The translations under genes and the position numbers were made by a program. Below, piece after piece: positions 31,575-45,322 of a stretch of 64,000 nucleotides of DNA (positions within the stretch are counted from its first letter, which is position 1; every line of letters starts with the position of its first letter). Origin of the DNA: Gracilinanus agilis (lineage: Eukaryota); contig NC_058131.1 in the NCBI RefSeq assembly GCF_016433145.1, positions 553,019,296 through 553,083,295 of the forward strand. Reading direction: 5' to 3'. The notes under the pieces are model-generated. The model saw nothing but the letters and a program-made list of their open reading frames with translations. It ran no database searches and had not been told where the DNA came from.

Positions 31575-34184
31575 AATGGACAAAAGGCTCTTCCCCGGGC
31601 TGGGCTCCCCATCTGTATCCGCGCTGTAGCTCCAAGGCTCTGTTGCACCTTTTCCTGTTCCTGTATCCCAACTTTAATGTTTTTAGTCTGTAATTAAACC
31701 TTGATCCCTTTCCAGGCTCTCTAGGCTAGATCCTTCCCTTCCATAAGGTGGCAGTGTGGCGATGTTTCATCATGTTCCTCCCCCCCAGGCAGGTATATAC
31801 ATTCTATCCAAGAGGTCTTGGTTTCTAGACTGCCTAGACCTCTCAAAGCCCTTTATTTCATAGATCCCAGCACCCTGTCAATTAATGTCTACACTGTGAA
31901 TTGTTAATCTAAGGGGTTATGGAAGCTTGCCCTTACTTTACAGGGTCAACCTAACTTGGTGACTAATGTTCTTGGCTAGATCCCTTTAGACACTCCTAGG
32001 CCTGCTATCCATGACAGAACATAGTTTAGGGATTTTGAATTTAAGGTAATATTTATATAGTGCTTTATAAATGTTACCATTTTAACTTAATAACACTGAA
32101 AAGAGCTATTCTCATTTTGCAGATAAAGAAATTAAGAGGTTAAGTAATTTAGGGTTACATAACTAATAAATATCTAAGGCTGGATTTGAACTCAGACTTG
32201 AAGGCCATTTTCAGCCTTGCTGCCTCTAGTCATACACAGTTTGAAGGAAATTAGTTTTTCTAAAGGTTTTGATATGGGAGGTGTAACAGAGATAGTCCCA
32301 TAAGTATGAGGGCCCTAAAGATACAACTGAAAGGCCAGAGGACAGGGCCTTATGAAATCCTTTAATTCGTTCTTGTTCTAATCTCTATGGCAACAATGTT
32401 TAAACTCCCCATGTCACCAATCTAAAAATACAAGTAATTGCTGTTATGTCTTAATTTCTTTGTTAGCTCTTCGGTTTATGACTTGGAATCCCAGTGGTAA
32501 TATTTGTCCCTGAGGCCATTTTGCTAAATGCTTTCTAGCTAAAATTGGTAGTTGCTTGGTACCTGGTTTCAGGCGACACAATTGGAGATCAGCGCTGACT
32601 ACAGGCTTTCCCAGTGGCAGGCTTCTCTTACCCACTGGCTATCTCTAGCTCAGCAGGATGTCTGGGTCTAGGGTTTTGGGGGTGGCAGAATGCTGCTTTA
32701 GTTAAATATTGCTGGCTGTGGTTTATCCTCCATTATTTATTTGACCTCTAATGCATTATAGGGAACCACGATGGGAACCAGCTCAGTCACCACAGGGCCT
32801 TGGACCCAGCCTCTCCCTTGCCCATTCTAGCCTTATTATAAACAGCATTCACTTTGTTCCATTAGTATTTTCTGGGCAAACAACTCCTTACATATTAAGG
32901 GCTATCCTGTGATTGCTTTTGGGACTTATTCCTATTTGGCCTTTACCTTCCACCTGGGCTTTCCCATTTCTTGCTTCATGTTGCAGGCTGAAGTGAAGAA
33001 AACGCAAGATGAGCTTCCCTCCTCTACACAAAGGATTGATGGTGTCTGGTAGCAATTGCCAGTGTCTTTGACTCAGCATCTTGTCATTCATTCTTCAGGG
33101 AGTGGTGAGAGTTGAGTAGGGAGGGGGTAACAGTTAGCCTTGGACCCATTCAAGGTTGGGGGTAAGGAAAATGGGACCTTCCTAGGATAAGGAATCACTT
33201 GCAAGCATTCTACAAAGTGCCTTCCACATAACATTGCTAGGTTAGGTTGGGCATTTTTTTTTGTTTGTTTGTTTACAGATAGGAAAGAAAAGTTCAGAAT
33301 GGATAAAAGGCTTACACTTGGTGTTGGACCGGGAAGCTGGACCTAGTCTTTTAGTTTTGAGGTCTGGTAATATTTTTATTATATTGAACTAAAAGCACAC
33401 CTTTCGGTGCTCACCTACCACCTAGGTGTAGACATTTGTTCATCTGGATTGCCTCCTTTGTGACTGAAGACTGAAATAGAGGATTTTCCCTGCCCTATCA
33501 AGCCCTTCTGAGCATGTCCCTTCACTCCCTTGCCCTTTTGCTTCTCTCCTCTCCCATGAGATTGGTGCCCTCAGTGGATGTTGCTGTTGTCTTGTAGGTC
33601 CCATTGCCATTCGTGAGAGGGAAAATGGGTGAAGGGGATATATAGAGAGAAGGGAACACAATAAAAGAAGAAAAACTCACAAGGGTTCAACAATGTGGGC
33701 TCCAGCGTTCATGCTCTTCTGATGGGGAAAAGAGGGAGAAGATACATGACCCCAATATTTTATTGGAGAATCATGGAATGGGGAATGGGAAGTAATTAAT
33801 GATCATGTGACATGGCATATGATTTGGCATTGGCTCGCTCAATTGACAACCACAAGATCAAAGAAGAGGAGGTTAATCAAACATGTGACCTGGTAGGGAA
33901 TCTGGTCTGTCAAAGTAGGAGCTAGGACCCTGTGGCAGCTAACGTCCTGCCCAGGAATTCTCCTGACCTTTGGAGAGTGGTCAGAATTAAATACAATGAC
34001 CATGAGTCTGGTACATGAACACATAGATTACAATATTAATACATCAATAATACTCTCAAGATTAGAATATACCTGGGATGCCGCAATGTCTACTATTGTG
34101 GCTCTGACCAATGAGGAGGCATTAGTTTTGCTCAACAAATATTTAATGAGCACTTGTGATGGATGTGCTAAACAAAGCTGAAGT

Positions 34185-34600
34185 ACAGAACCTTAGTGTC
34201 AGAAGGGATCCCATATGCCTCTAGTCCAAACTGTCCCTGAAAAGTCATCTCTAGTACACATTCCCCACAAATGACCAACCAGCTTCTGCCCAACCGCCTC
34301 AAAGAAGGGGGATTCTATTACCTACTGGGACCACCCATTTCACTTGTAGATAATTCTTAATATTTAGGTGGCTTTTCCTGATGTGTCCAAATTTGCCTTG
34401 ACATCTTCCAACCACTGGCACTGAATTCCTGCTATGGCCTATCCTACTTCCACTTAATAGCTGCAAGTATATGAAAGATTACATCCTGGGTCTTACAGGC
34501 TAAACACCTGAAGTTTCCTTTACTCCTTTCCTCCCTTTACATGGCAAAGCCCCTTATTATCCTTGTTGCCCTCCTCTGGCAATTCTACCTCAACTTTTCC
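34185..34600 (-). mobile_element. Old CR1/L3 3' fragment
   Basis: Similar to 18775-19000 and 37410-37590. Confidence 0.5.
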
Positions 34601-35469
34601 TATTCTGGGGATGAGGAACTCTTTTTCAGGCCCTAAACTTGTTTTCTAGGGATCTAGGATCACCTTGTTAAAAATGTAGCCACTTAACAGCCCTATAAGA
34701 ACCCAGGGTCCTGCTTCCATCCCTTAACATCTCTGAGCCTTCTCTAATTGAAGCAACAATCTAAAAAGAAAAGGACAATTTCAGAAATAATTCAGAAAAC
34801 TAGTTAGTCAGAAATGAGTATAAAAGGATTTGCTCAGAATAAACTGGGGCTCTCGGGCTTCTAGAATCTGCCTAAGCCAGCCAAAAGTCCTTGGCTTTAG
34901 CTCTGAAATGATTTGCTAGGCCTATGGAGCCTTAGTTGTGACCTTTGGCAAATCATTTCACTCAAGAGTTTTGGTTTCCTTTTATAAAATGAGAGGGTTG
35001 CCAATATGACTTCTAAGGTCCTTTGCAGCCTTAAATTCAATGAAAGGCTCTGGCTAGTATAGTTCAGGCTTGGATTTAAAGGATTTCACAGTTTCTCCCT
35101 AGCTGTTTTTTTTTGTTTGTTTGCTTTTTAGGGTGGGATGGTGGTGGGGAGGAGGGAAGAGGGGGTGGCAGAAGCTTAGGGGGAGATGGTATATTTAGGG
35201 AAGGGCCCTATGGGCCTAGGTGGAAACCTAGGTTATAATCTCTTAGTCCTAGAACCAGAAATGATTGATAGGCTTGGTCAAAAATGAGCCCCTCTTGGGG
35301 CAAATCTAGTAGGGTTTGAGGAACAAAATGGCAAACACCAGGAAAAGTCACTGGCTTGACCAGGAACACTGGACAAATAGGAGGTATTTATATTCAGCAA
35401 TTGCCTTGGGTTTAGGGAGAAAATTCAGTTCTTTTTTTAAGAAGCAATGTAGTATAGTAGCAAGAACTA

Positions 35470-35880
35470 AAGCAACGGAGAGATTATTGGACACTGTATG
35501 CTAGCAAAAAATAGAAATCGAATGGGTACCCATTGTTTTGGAGCATGGCCAATTTACTTGTGGTTTAAGAATGTAATGAGAGATAATTATAAGAAACCAC
35601 AAATATTTGAAGAATCAGAAAAACTTGGGAAAGCTTATATGAACTGATGCTGAGCGAGAAGTATGCAGAACCAAGAAAAAATAGACCCAGCGATCACAAT
35701 AAAGTCAAGGAAAACAATTCTGAAAACATCAGGTCTCAGACCAATGAAATGTCCAATCTTGTTTCAAGATAACTGACAAAACATACCTCAGTTGCCAGAC
35801 AAAGCATATGCTGTTGGCTTTGGTCATTGGGTCATTTTGTTTTGCCTGGCTGGACTTTGTTGCAAGGAAGAGTTCTATTG
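35470..35880 (+). mobile_element. Old L1 3' fragment
   Basis: GGGAAAGCTTATATGAACTGATGCTGAGCGAG...AGAACCAAGAAAAAA resembles the L1 ORF2 end/3'UTR. Diverged. Confidence 0.55.
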
Positions 35881-36779
35881 GCTTCAGACATTTCCTAGCT
35901 GTGTCTGTGACCCTAGGTAAGTCACTTAACTCTGATTGTCTAGCCCTTGCTGCTCTTCTTAGAATTCTAATACTAAGATAGAAGTTACGGGTTTACAATA
36001 AAACAGAACAAAACAAGGAAGAGTTCTTTTTGGAGGCAACAATTTTCTGTCTAATTTTTAAAGAATGATAAAGCCCTGAATTTCAAGTCAAATAGCAAAA
36101 GAAATATGTGTTCAAATCCTACCTTAGACACTTAATTGCTATGTGACAAATCATTTAACTTCTCTGAATCTCAGTTTCCTCATATGTAAAATGGGGATAA
36201 TATATATTGTGGTATCTACCTCACGGGGTCATTATAAGATTTAAATGAGAATGCCTGTAAAGCAGTTTGCAGGCCTTCAAATGTTATATAAATATCAGAT
36301 TACTATTAATAATAATGTTGGTTTTGTGTTATAATTGTCAAAGTTTGCTGACCCTGTTAAAAACATAAACCAAGCCTCCCAGGGAGCTAAGGCTCCTGAG
36401 CTGCCACCTCCACCTTGTTCCCCACCAACCTCATCCATCCCCCCTCACTCCTCCAGAGGGAAAGGATAAGGCTCTGCTCTTTTTGGTGTTACCATGGTTG
36501 CCTGCAGTGCTCCTGTCTGCAAAATACTGCTCACCAGTCACCAGAGATTGATGTTCCCATAGCAACCAGGTGAAGTCAACAGTGATGAGCTGGACCCAGA
36601 AAAGGAATCCTGGGCTGACAGGCTTAGTGGGGCTTATGGGTTGTGCTTGTTCCCCAGAGCCCGATGCTCCTAATGCTCCTGGGCCCTGGTGCCCAGGAGC
36701 TAACCTGCTCTCACATAGCGTCCATGGGGACAGGGCTTTGGGAGGATAAGGTGATGGCTGACCATCTAGCTTCCTTTGA

Positions 36780-37110
36780 ATCTGTGCAAAGGGAGGGGTG
36801 GAAGGAGCTAGTCAAAGATCATTTTTAAAAGCTGAATGTGTTCTGTCAGTTGGCCCTGATGACCCGCTCTTAAGGGCCCTTAAGGAATTGGCTGAAGTTA
36901 CTGGAGGGCCATTAGCAGCTATTTTTGAGTACATGGGGGTAAATGAATGGAAGAGGTGCCCAAAGACTGGAAAAGGGCCAGGAGAGTGCCCATGTCTAAA
37001 AGAGGGAAAAGGTGACCTTGGAAATCAGAAACCTGTCAGCCTAAGTCAATATCTGGGAAGCTTTTGTAAACAAAGCATCCATCAAACCTGCAAGCACTAG
37101 AATGGGAAAA
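36780..37110 (+). mobile_element. CR1/L3 reverse transcriptase fragment
   Basis: ORF 36798-37100 SVGPDDPLLRALKELAEVTGGPLAAIFE...KGDLGNQKPVSLS matches the CR1 pattern GPDG.HPRVLKELA...PL..IFE...GNYRPVSLTS. Confidence 0.8.
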
Positions 37111-38689
37111 GCCAGCTTGCTCAGGAGGAGTGAAGTCTCCTGGGGGAGAGGTACGTTGTCTCCACACAGAGGCTTGATGTCATCTTCCAGACACCTTTTT
37201 CTCCGAATGTCTTCTGGCTTTCTTTACTTCCCTCCTGACTTTACTAACTTCTGTTAAGTGGGAGCAGTAAGTGAGCATAGGGCAAGTGATGCCAAGTATT
37301 TTTGACCTGCTCTGGTGTAGATCCCTGGATTACACACAATCAGTTTAATTCTTGGGAGAACAAATTTCACCTGACCAGTCTTCCTCCTACACCCAAAGCT
37401 ACGACTAGGAAATCCCAGAATCTCAGACTGGTAAGGAACCTCAAAGGTCAGCTAGACCGACCTGTGCTTCAGAATTCAAAAATATCTCCTCTAGAACATC
37501 CCATCCAGCTTCTTTTTGAGTACCTTCAGTGAGAGGGAGCTCACTACCTTTCATTTTTCAGAGAGCTCTAATTGTTAGGAATTCTGTGTAGCTTCCAACT
37601 ATTAGACAAAGTAGCCAGTGGAATCCCTACTCTTGACAATAGATGATGGATAATCCAGCTTCCTCCATCCAGGTCTGGTTTTCTTTTAGCTGCTTCTGCC
37701 TACTGAGGTCTCCTCCGAACTCTAAATTGTCCCTGTTTTTCTTCCTCTTCAAACTCTCCTCTCCCTTGTCAGTCCATAAAACACTTACTTATTCCCCCTC
37801 TCTCGCCCCACTGCCATCTGCAGTTCTATCTGCACGCTGACTCAGCCTCTGCCTCCCCCTCCCAGGCCCATAGGTAAAATGAATTTGAGCAAAAATGGCC
37901 AGTTTGACCTTTTACTACCCCCTGCTTCATTCCTGCCACGTGCTGGTATGGCCAGATCATTTGGGGATCCAAATGCCGTGCAAGGTGAATGCCAGCAGTC
38001 ACCAGTGTGCCAACCTGGTACTAATGTGTAGGTAGGAGACAGTTTCTGATTTGGGTCTCTATGTGGCAAATTCCACCTTTGACAAAGCAAGTTAAAAAAA
38101 CAAGGCTTTCTGATGGAAGAGGTGACAGATTATCATGAGGCTGGAAGCCCTTTTCCTCTTCCCTGCTATTAACATTGAACTTGGAGGGACAGTGGCTAGC
38201 TATTTCATGCACAGCTTTTGTTGAGTGAAGTCACAGGACAAGGAACTAGATGCAAGTCATTGTGGGATAGCAACATTAGCAGGGCATGTGCTAGTGATCA
38301 CTCCCACCAGATGACACATTGGTTCTCACCAAACTCTCTGGGGTTGCCTCAACAACCACTGTGTTTCTTCAGTCATTGTTGTCCTCTCAACTCCACCTTC
38401 CGTTCTAAGAGATTGGAAATGCTTGCTCTTGTACCTTAAAAGGTCTTCTTGTGTTGATGATGGGCCCAGGCCCCCATATCTCTTCTTTCTCTTCTCCCCC
38501 AAACCTAAGGCTTTATATAGAGTTCAAAGTCATCCAGACTCCTCTAGTGAATGAGGAGTACTCCAGGGGGCAATACTCTCTACACATAATCTCTTAATCC
38601 CTTTAGTGGGAGCTGATGGTAGGTCTACTTTGGGTTAGAACCATGCTCAGTACCAACCAACTCTGGTCTACAGTCATTTGTTTGTTTTT

Positions 38690-38880
38690 TAACCTTTACC
38701 TTCCTCCTTATAATCAATATTATGCATTGATTCCAAGGCAGAAGAATGGTAAGGGCTAGGCAAAGGGGGTTAAGTGACTTACCCAGGGTCCCACAGCTAG
38801 GAAATGTGAGGTCAGATTTGAACCCAGGCTCTCCCATCTCTAGGTCTGGATCTCAATCCACTGAGCTACCCAGCTGCCCC
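38690..38880 (-). mobile_element. SINE1-like SINE
   Basis: Ends CAATCCACTGAGCTACCCAGCTGCCCC, the reverse of the SINE head. Confidence 0.88.
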
Positions 38881-39587
38881 CTTCTACAGTCATTTGTGAT
38901 CCATAGTGTTCACCTGGGTACCCTGCTCTGCTCACACTGCACCAAAATCAGTCTTCCCCTCATCCCTGCCTGTGTCAAAAATGGTTTGTCTGTCCCTGCT
39001 CTGCCTAGCCTCACTTTTCTGTTTTTTTGTGCTTCCTTAAATGAATAAAATGAATGGGGGAAAAATTTACTAAGCACTTACTGTGTGCCAGGCACTATAA
39101 TAAATACTAGGAAACAAATACCAAAAGCACAATAGCCTTTCCCTTTAAAGGTTTTATATTCGAAGAGAAGACAACACAGATGGGGGAGTTGGTGGCCAAG
39201 GAGGGGCCAAGTAGGCAGGAAAGTCAGTGGGATGTTCAGTGGAGTCATAGAGTAATTGACTGACTTATCCTTTCCCCAAATGGTCCTGTTGATTTGCTTA
39301 TTGTTCCCAAAGCCAGAGACAACTCAGAACTAACCCATCTCTTGGGATCACTCCCCAAGTCACTCTCAAAGGCTTTCTACTCAGCAGTATGCACTTGGGT
39401 CCCTCCTGAGGGTAGGTGATGACGTAAAGGGAACCAAATGTGGTTCAGAGGAAAGGGCACTGGCTTCCAGGTAAGGAGCTCTTTATCTATTGGGGAAGAT
39501 AGTCTTTATTGGGGAAGTAGAAAGAATTGGATTTTGTCATTGGTGGTGATGGTGGGGTTCATACATTGAATAGAGGTTGGGCTAGGT

Positions 39588-39818
39588 CAGTAGTTCTCAA
39601 ACTTTTTTGGTGCGAGGACCTCTTTACATTCTTAAATATCATTGAGGACAACCCTCCTCCCAATAGCTTTTATTTATATGTGTGATATCTATCAATAAAA
39701 ACCGTAATAGAAATCAAAATGTCTTGGTATCATTATGAACACCATTCTGTTTTTTCTGATCCCCTGAAAGGTTCTTGGGGACCCCCTGAGATCTCCTATC
39801 CACATTCCAGAACCGCTG
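39588..39818. mobile_element. Non-autonomous hAT-family DNA transposon
   Basis: Termini CAGTAGTTCTCAAA / CCAGAACCGCTG, with flanks GGCTAGGT / TGCTACAC (NNCTANNN, hAT-like). Confidence 0.6.
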
Positions 39819-40282
39819 TGCTACACAAACCCCAAATTCCCTTTCGATCATGTCATTCTAAAACTCTACCTGCTGCTAAGAGGGTAAGCAGGGTCCTGGG
39901 CTATTTATGTAGGAGGATGTCATCTGTGAGCACTGACGGTATCTTTTGTTATATTTGTCAGAACCTCAGCAAGGTCTGTTTGGGCTCAGCAACTCTAAGG
40001 AAATGAAATGAGAACTTTGGAGAAGATTTCACAGGGAGCCACCCAGACCACGAAAGGATTAAAATTAGGGCCCCTGTGCCTGGCTTCCGAGACCCCCTAT
40101 AGGCTGGTCCCTCTCTTGTCTAGGCCACTTTATTCAGGCTAGTGGGCCCATGTTCTGTGTGTACATGGATTCCATCCCCATAATCTCTTCCACTCCTTGC
40201 TTCCTCTCAGTTCTCACACATCTCCTGCCTGGCCTACCTTCATGTTCATGTGCTCCAAGTTCATTCTTGTGTTTTGTTTTTT

Positions 40283-40465
40283 AAAACCCTTACCTTCTGT
40301 CTTAGTGTCAGTTGTAAGACAGGAGAGTGGCAAAGGCTAGACAATCTGGGCTAAGTGACTTGATCAGGGTCACACAGCAAGAAAGTGACTGAGGCCACAT
40401 TTGAACCCAGGTCGTCCTGACTTCAGGTCTGGTGCTTTAGCCACTGTGCCTCCTAGCTGCTCCTC
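40283..40465 (-). mobile_element. SINE1/MAR1-like SINE
   Basis: AAAACCCTTACCTTCTGTCTTAG tail, TTTGAACCCAGG reverse B box. Confidence 0.8.
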
Positions 40466-41449
40466 AATGTTCATTCTTGCTGCCTTCATTCACATTTTTG
40501 GGGACCTTTCTAGTACGCCCTCTCTTCCCCTCCAATTTACCATATCCTTCATGTAACTCAATTCTCACCTCTTCCATGAAGTCTTCTCACACTATTCTAG
40601 TCTTCACTGATCTCTTTTTCTCAAAGTCCTACAACAGTCATGGATAGTTGACAAGATACAGGTTAGCACTTAATTATATACTGTGTTCCATTTTCACTTG
40701 TTTTATCTTTTTGTCTCTCCAATTCCTAACTTATATAAGATTAGAAATTCCTCGAGGGCAAGGACTCCGACATACACTTTTTCTGTGTTCCCATATTCAC
40801 CAGAATAGCCCCAGACCCATAATAGATACTCAAAAAATATCCAAATGATTGATCCCTGAAGGATGGTGAAGGAATTGAGGTAATCTAACCAGGAAAAGAG
40901 GAAAGTGATAAAAAGTAATCAAGATATCTTCTTGCACTTGAAAGTTAAAAACAAATTCAGGCTAAAATAAAGAGCTGATTTCCTCTTGCAATGCCTCCAT
41001 TCAGATACCTTAAAATCACCTTTGATTCTTTGGAGGCAGGGGGAATAAAATGCAGGATAATCTGGGTCCAAATCTTGTCTGACACTTATTAGCTTTGTGA
41101 ACCTCAGCAAATCATTTACCCTCTCTCTGCCCTAGTTTCTTCATCCATAAAATGGGGACAATAACAGCACTCGCCCCTCAAGGTAAGAATTAAAAAATAT
41201 TTGTAAAGCACTTTCCAATCCTTAAAGTACTCCATAAATGCTAACTATGACTATTTTTAGTCCCTCATTCCATCCAGATCTCTCCCATCCATTGCTTCCT
41301 CCCTATTCTTACACAGTTATTGGCCTGGTTCTGGCCCTCATCATCTTCTACCTGGACTATTTTAACAGCCTTCTAACTGGTCTCCCTGTTTTGATTATAG
41401 TACCCTATCACTGTCTGGCTCAAAACTCTATAAGTTAAAACACAATTTG

Positions 41450-41640
41450 GGGGCAGCTGGGTGGCACAGATAGAATGTCAGGCCTGGATTTGGGAGGACC
41501 TGAGTTCAAATGTGGCCCTGATACTTTCTAGCTCTGTGACCTGGGACAAGTCACTTAACCCCATTTACCTAGCCTTTGCCCTTCTGTTTTAGATTGGTTA
41601 AAAAGATAGAAAATAAGGGTTTAAATAAAAAAAAAAAACA
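41450..41640 (+). mobile_element. SINE within L2 debris (about 40480-42050)
   Basis: GGGGGCAGCTGGGTGGCACAGATAGA head and AAGGGTTTAAAT A-tail. Confidence 0.8.
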
Positions 41641-42202
41641 ATTTAAAGCCCTCCACTCAGTCTTATTTCTTCACATGATCCTCTTTCATTCATTCTACAA
41701 TGTAACTAATTTGATTTTTGTGTCCTAGTGTCCTTGTACCAGCTGTCTCCCATATCCTAGAAGTAATGTTTTAGGCCTATGTCTGTCAAAAGCCCCAGTT
41801 CAGTTGCTACCTCCCCTTCATGAAGTCTGAAATCCTTCTCCTCCCCCTCCTTCTCACGAAATTTCCTAGAGCACTTTGCCTGAATTTCTCCTTGACATCT
41901 ATCACACTCCCCTGTGTAGCATCCTTATCTATGGCTATTTTGTTTCTCCCTACTAGACTGGTAAGCTCTATGTGGGTATCATATTTATATTTGCATCCTT
42001 AGAACTTGCTACAGCAGTACCTGGTATAAAAGGCACTTAATAAACTTAGAACTGAATTGAATTTTTTTAAAACAACCACAACAAAAAAAAACTATGACTG
42101 ATTTCCTAGCCATGTGATCCTGGGAAGGTCACTTATCCCCAATTGCCCCAGCCCTTACTGCTCTTCTGCCTTGGAACCAAAACTTAGAATCAGTTCTAAG
42201 AC

Positions 42203-42632
42203 NNNNNNNNNNNNNNNNNNNNNNNNNNNNNNNNNNNNNNNNNNNNNNNNNNNNNNNNNNNNNNNNNNNNNNNNNNNNNNNNNNNNNNNNNNNNNNNNNN
42301 NNNNNNNNNNNNNNNNNNNNNNNNNNNNNNNNTCCAACTAGGCTAGGTGCAATAGTGGCTAACGGTAAGAGATTGGATGAGAAATGGCCAGGGGAGGTTT
42401 AAATAAAGGGGCAAAATGAGAACCCCAAAGAAGAGGGATAAATGAATCTTTACTTCATGCAGTTATCCAGCCAGCCCTGGGAAGAGAGTAAAGCCTTNNN
42501 NNNNNNNNNNNNNNNNNNNNNNNNNNNNNNNNNNNNNNNNNNNNNNNNNNNNNNNNNNNNNNNNNNNNNNNNNNNNNNNNNNNNNNNNNNNNNNNNNNNN
42601 NNNNNNNNNNNNNNNNNNNNNNNNNNNNNNNN

Positions 42633-42633
<1 letters not shown>
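42203..42633. other. Two assembly gaps (N 42203-42332 and N 42498-42633) enclosing a 165-bp contig
   Basis: Read directly from the sequence. Confidence 0.98.
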
Positions 42634-42709
<76 letters not shown>

Positions 42710-42718
42710 AAGAGAGAG
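42634..42718 (+). repeat. (AG)n microsatellite, truncated by a gap
   Basis: About 85 nt of AG repeat with two AA interruptions. Confidence 0.95.
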
Positions 42719-45316
42719 GTAGGTTCCCCACTTGTTCCAACTAGGCTAGGTGCAATAGTGGCTAACGGTAAGAGATTGGATGAGAAATGGCCAGGGGAGG
42801 TTTAAATAAAGGGGCAAAATGAGAACCCCAAAGAAGAGGGATAAATGAATCTTTACTTCATGCAGTTATCCAGCCAGCCCTGGGAAGAGAGTAAAGCCTT
42901 TCTGTGCCCAGTTCTTAGGAAGAAGAGAGTAGAGCAGGAGGAAAAGTGAGATGCAGCTGGTAGTGCCTCCCTGGGGGAAAGGAGGGCAAGAGACTGGCCA
43001 GAAAGCAGCCTCAGAAGAGATGTCAAGTGTGGAAAAAGCTAAGGTATGTTGAGATATAGAAACCCAGCAACTAAATGTTCTTTGTACTCAAGTCCAGGCT
43101 AGCAAAACTACCTTTGGTCTGATATAGGCAGGTTGAAGAGATGAGAGGATTTGGCCTGGGAAGCAGACCCCAGCCCCCCAGCTTCCATCACTCCCCTCCA
43201 GGTCTGGTAGGGAGTCTGGGATCAGCTCTGTCTGTTCTGAGCTGTTCCCTGTAGGCGTCTGGAGAGAACACACAGATGGGCTGGGCTGATGGGACTGGAA
43301 GGGTGGGGAGTCTTCCTGGGGGGAGGGGGTGGTTTCCACTGCAAAGGATCATCATAGTCATCATCATCATCATCAATAAGCTTCTGAAGAGTACTGCCTT
43401 TGCATGAAGTCAGGGGCTACTACTTGGATGGAGGGCATCTGAATCCTGCACTATAGCTTGGCAACAAACCTTACCCTAAGGTGCCTCTCTTCACCTCCCA
43501 TCTCAACCACTCATCATTTCCAACCTCCTTACTAATCTCTGGCCATTTCTGCCATTCTTTCAACCTTGGTTTTCTTTAAATGTATCATTCCTGGGAGAGG
43601 AGCCTTAAGTGGTAAACACCTGCTTTGGGAGAATGCTGAGGCTGCTCAGCCCTTTCTAATCACTCATGATTCCTTCATTGTCCTCCTTATTCATTCCCAG
43701 GGACATACGGGAATCCACTGGGTCATCTCTTTAGCCCTTTCATTCCTGGGGAGACCGATCATGTGTCTCAGGGGGAGTGAGTGGTGGAGGACCTGCCTGG
43801 GGGAGCTGAACCAGGAGCTGAGACAGCTCTAAATGTATGTGTGTATGTGTGTGGGGAGGGTTGAAGTGGGAGTGGGGGTGGAATATGAGGGGGAACTGCT
43901 GCTTTTGTTCAGGTGCCTGGCAGAGGCAGGAGCAGCCGTGGGCGTCCCCAGGGTAGGCACTGACAGCTCTACTTTCTCTGCAGGTGATGGGGCTGCACTG
44001 CAGTAGAGGGGGCACACAAGCCCCATTCTATTCCTCTCCCCACTGCTCCTTAGAGTGTTAAAGAGGCTAGGCTGAGCATGCTATGGGAGGCCCTTCCAAG
44101 AATTTTACAAGGGAGAGAAGAGAAGAAATAGAGGCCAGAGATATTCCTGTGGAATTTGATACCAAACCAGTGTTGTGACATTGAACATCTATTATCCGAT
44201 TTCAGCCCCTTTCTGAAAGGGTGTCAGATTGCCCACAGAGGGTCATCTAACACTGATAACATTGGCCAGGGACTAAATGAATTTTAAAAAATATATATTC
44301 TTCTCTTGGTGCCTGGGGCTGAAACAGGAAGTCACCTGAATGCTTAGAAATTGCCTGATGACTGAGAATTTGCTCAGACTGACTTCAGGGGAACAGGTCT
44401 GCAGCATGGAACAAAGCCAGGTCTGTTATTGGTTTTGTATCCTAGGTCTGAATTAGAAGTATTGGTGATGTAGTGAAAAGAGGATTGGAGACTAGGCATC
44501 ACCGGACTAGCATAGATGAGACTTCCCTCACTTTACAGATAAGGAAACTGAGGATCAGCAACCTGTCCAAGACCCCACACTTGGGAAGTGCCTGAGGAAG
44601 GATTCAAGCCTAGGTCTCTTGTCTCCAAATTGCACTCTTTATCTGTAACACAAAAGGCTTCTGTTCTTAGATTTAGTGTTGGAAGGAAATTTGGCAGGGC
44701 TTAGATGTGAACCTTCAAATCTATCAATATTTCCACTGCAACTTACTAGCAGATTCATTGTTTATTAGCTGGGCACCCTGGGGAAAGTCACTATATCTCT
44801 CTATATCACTCTGGACCTGGAAGTTGGAAAGACCAGAGTTCAAAGCTGGCCTCAGATACTTATTAACTGTCACTTAACCTGTGTCTCTCTCAGCTGTAAA
44901 ACTGTAGTACCTTATCCCAGAATAAGGTTGTGCTGATAATTAGTTAATATTTTAAAAGTATGTGTGGGACTCAGCAGCTCTAAATTCTATGCCTTAGGAC
45001 CCTGACTCACAGCGCCTGCCTTCCTACCGGTTAAAGTATGGTAGAAGGAGCCCAGGCAGCGGGAGGTAGGGGATGGGGATGTTCTGTACCGACTAATGCA
45101 TTTACTATGAGAGCAAGTTATTTGACCTTTCTGCGTTCTTGCTCATCTGTAATATGGGGATAATGATCCAAGGCCCTTGACTGTAAGGCTAGATGGTATC
45201 TTACAGACCATTTAAAAGAATGGCTCTGTAAATGACAACTGGGGACCCCACAGCAACCACCCCGGCCTTGTGGAAGCCCAGAGAGACATGGGGCAGCGGG
45301 TGTTGTAGAAAAACTC

Positions 45317-45322
45317 TTTATT
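45317..45322 (-). promoter_or_regulatory. Candidate polyadenylation signal AATAAA of REM2
   Basis: TTTATT on + about 780 nt beyond the REM2 stop codon. Confidence 0.6.

Noticed and set aside
43995-44018. CTCF-like GCAGTAGAGGGGGCAC
   Set aside because: The register does not fit the core consensus (two extra G), so the match is weak.
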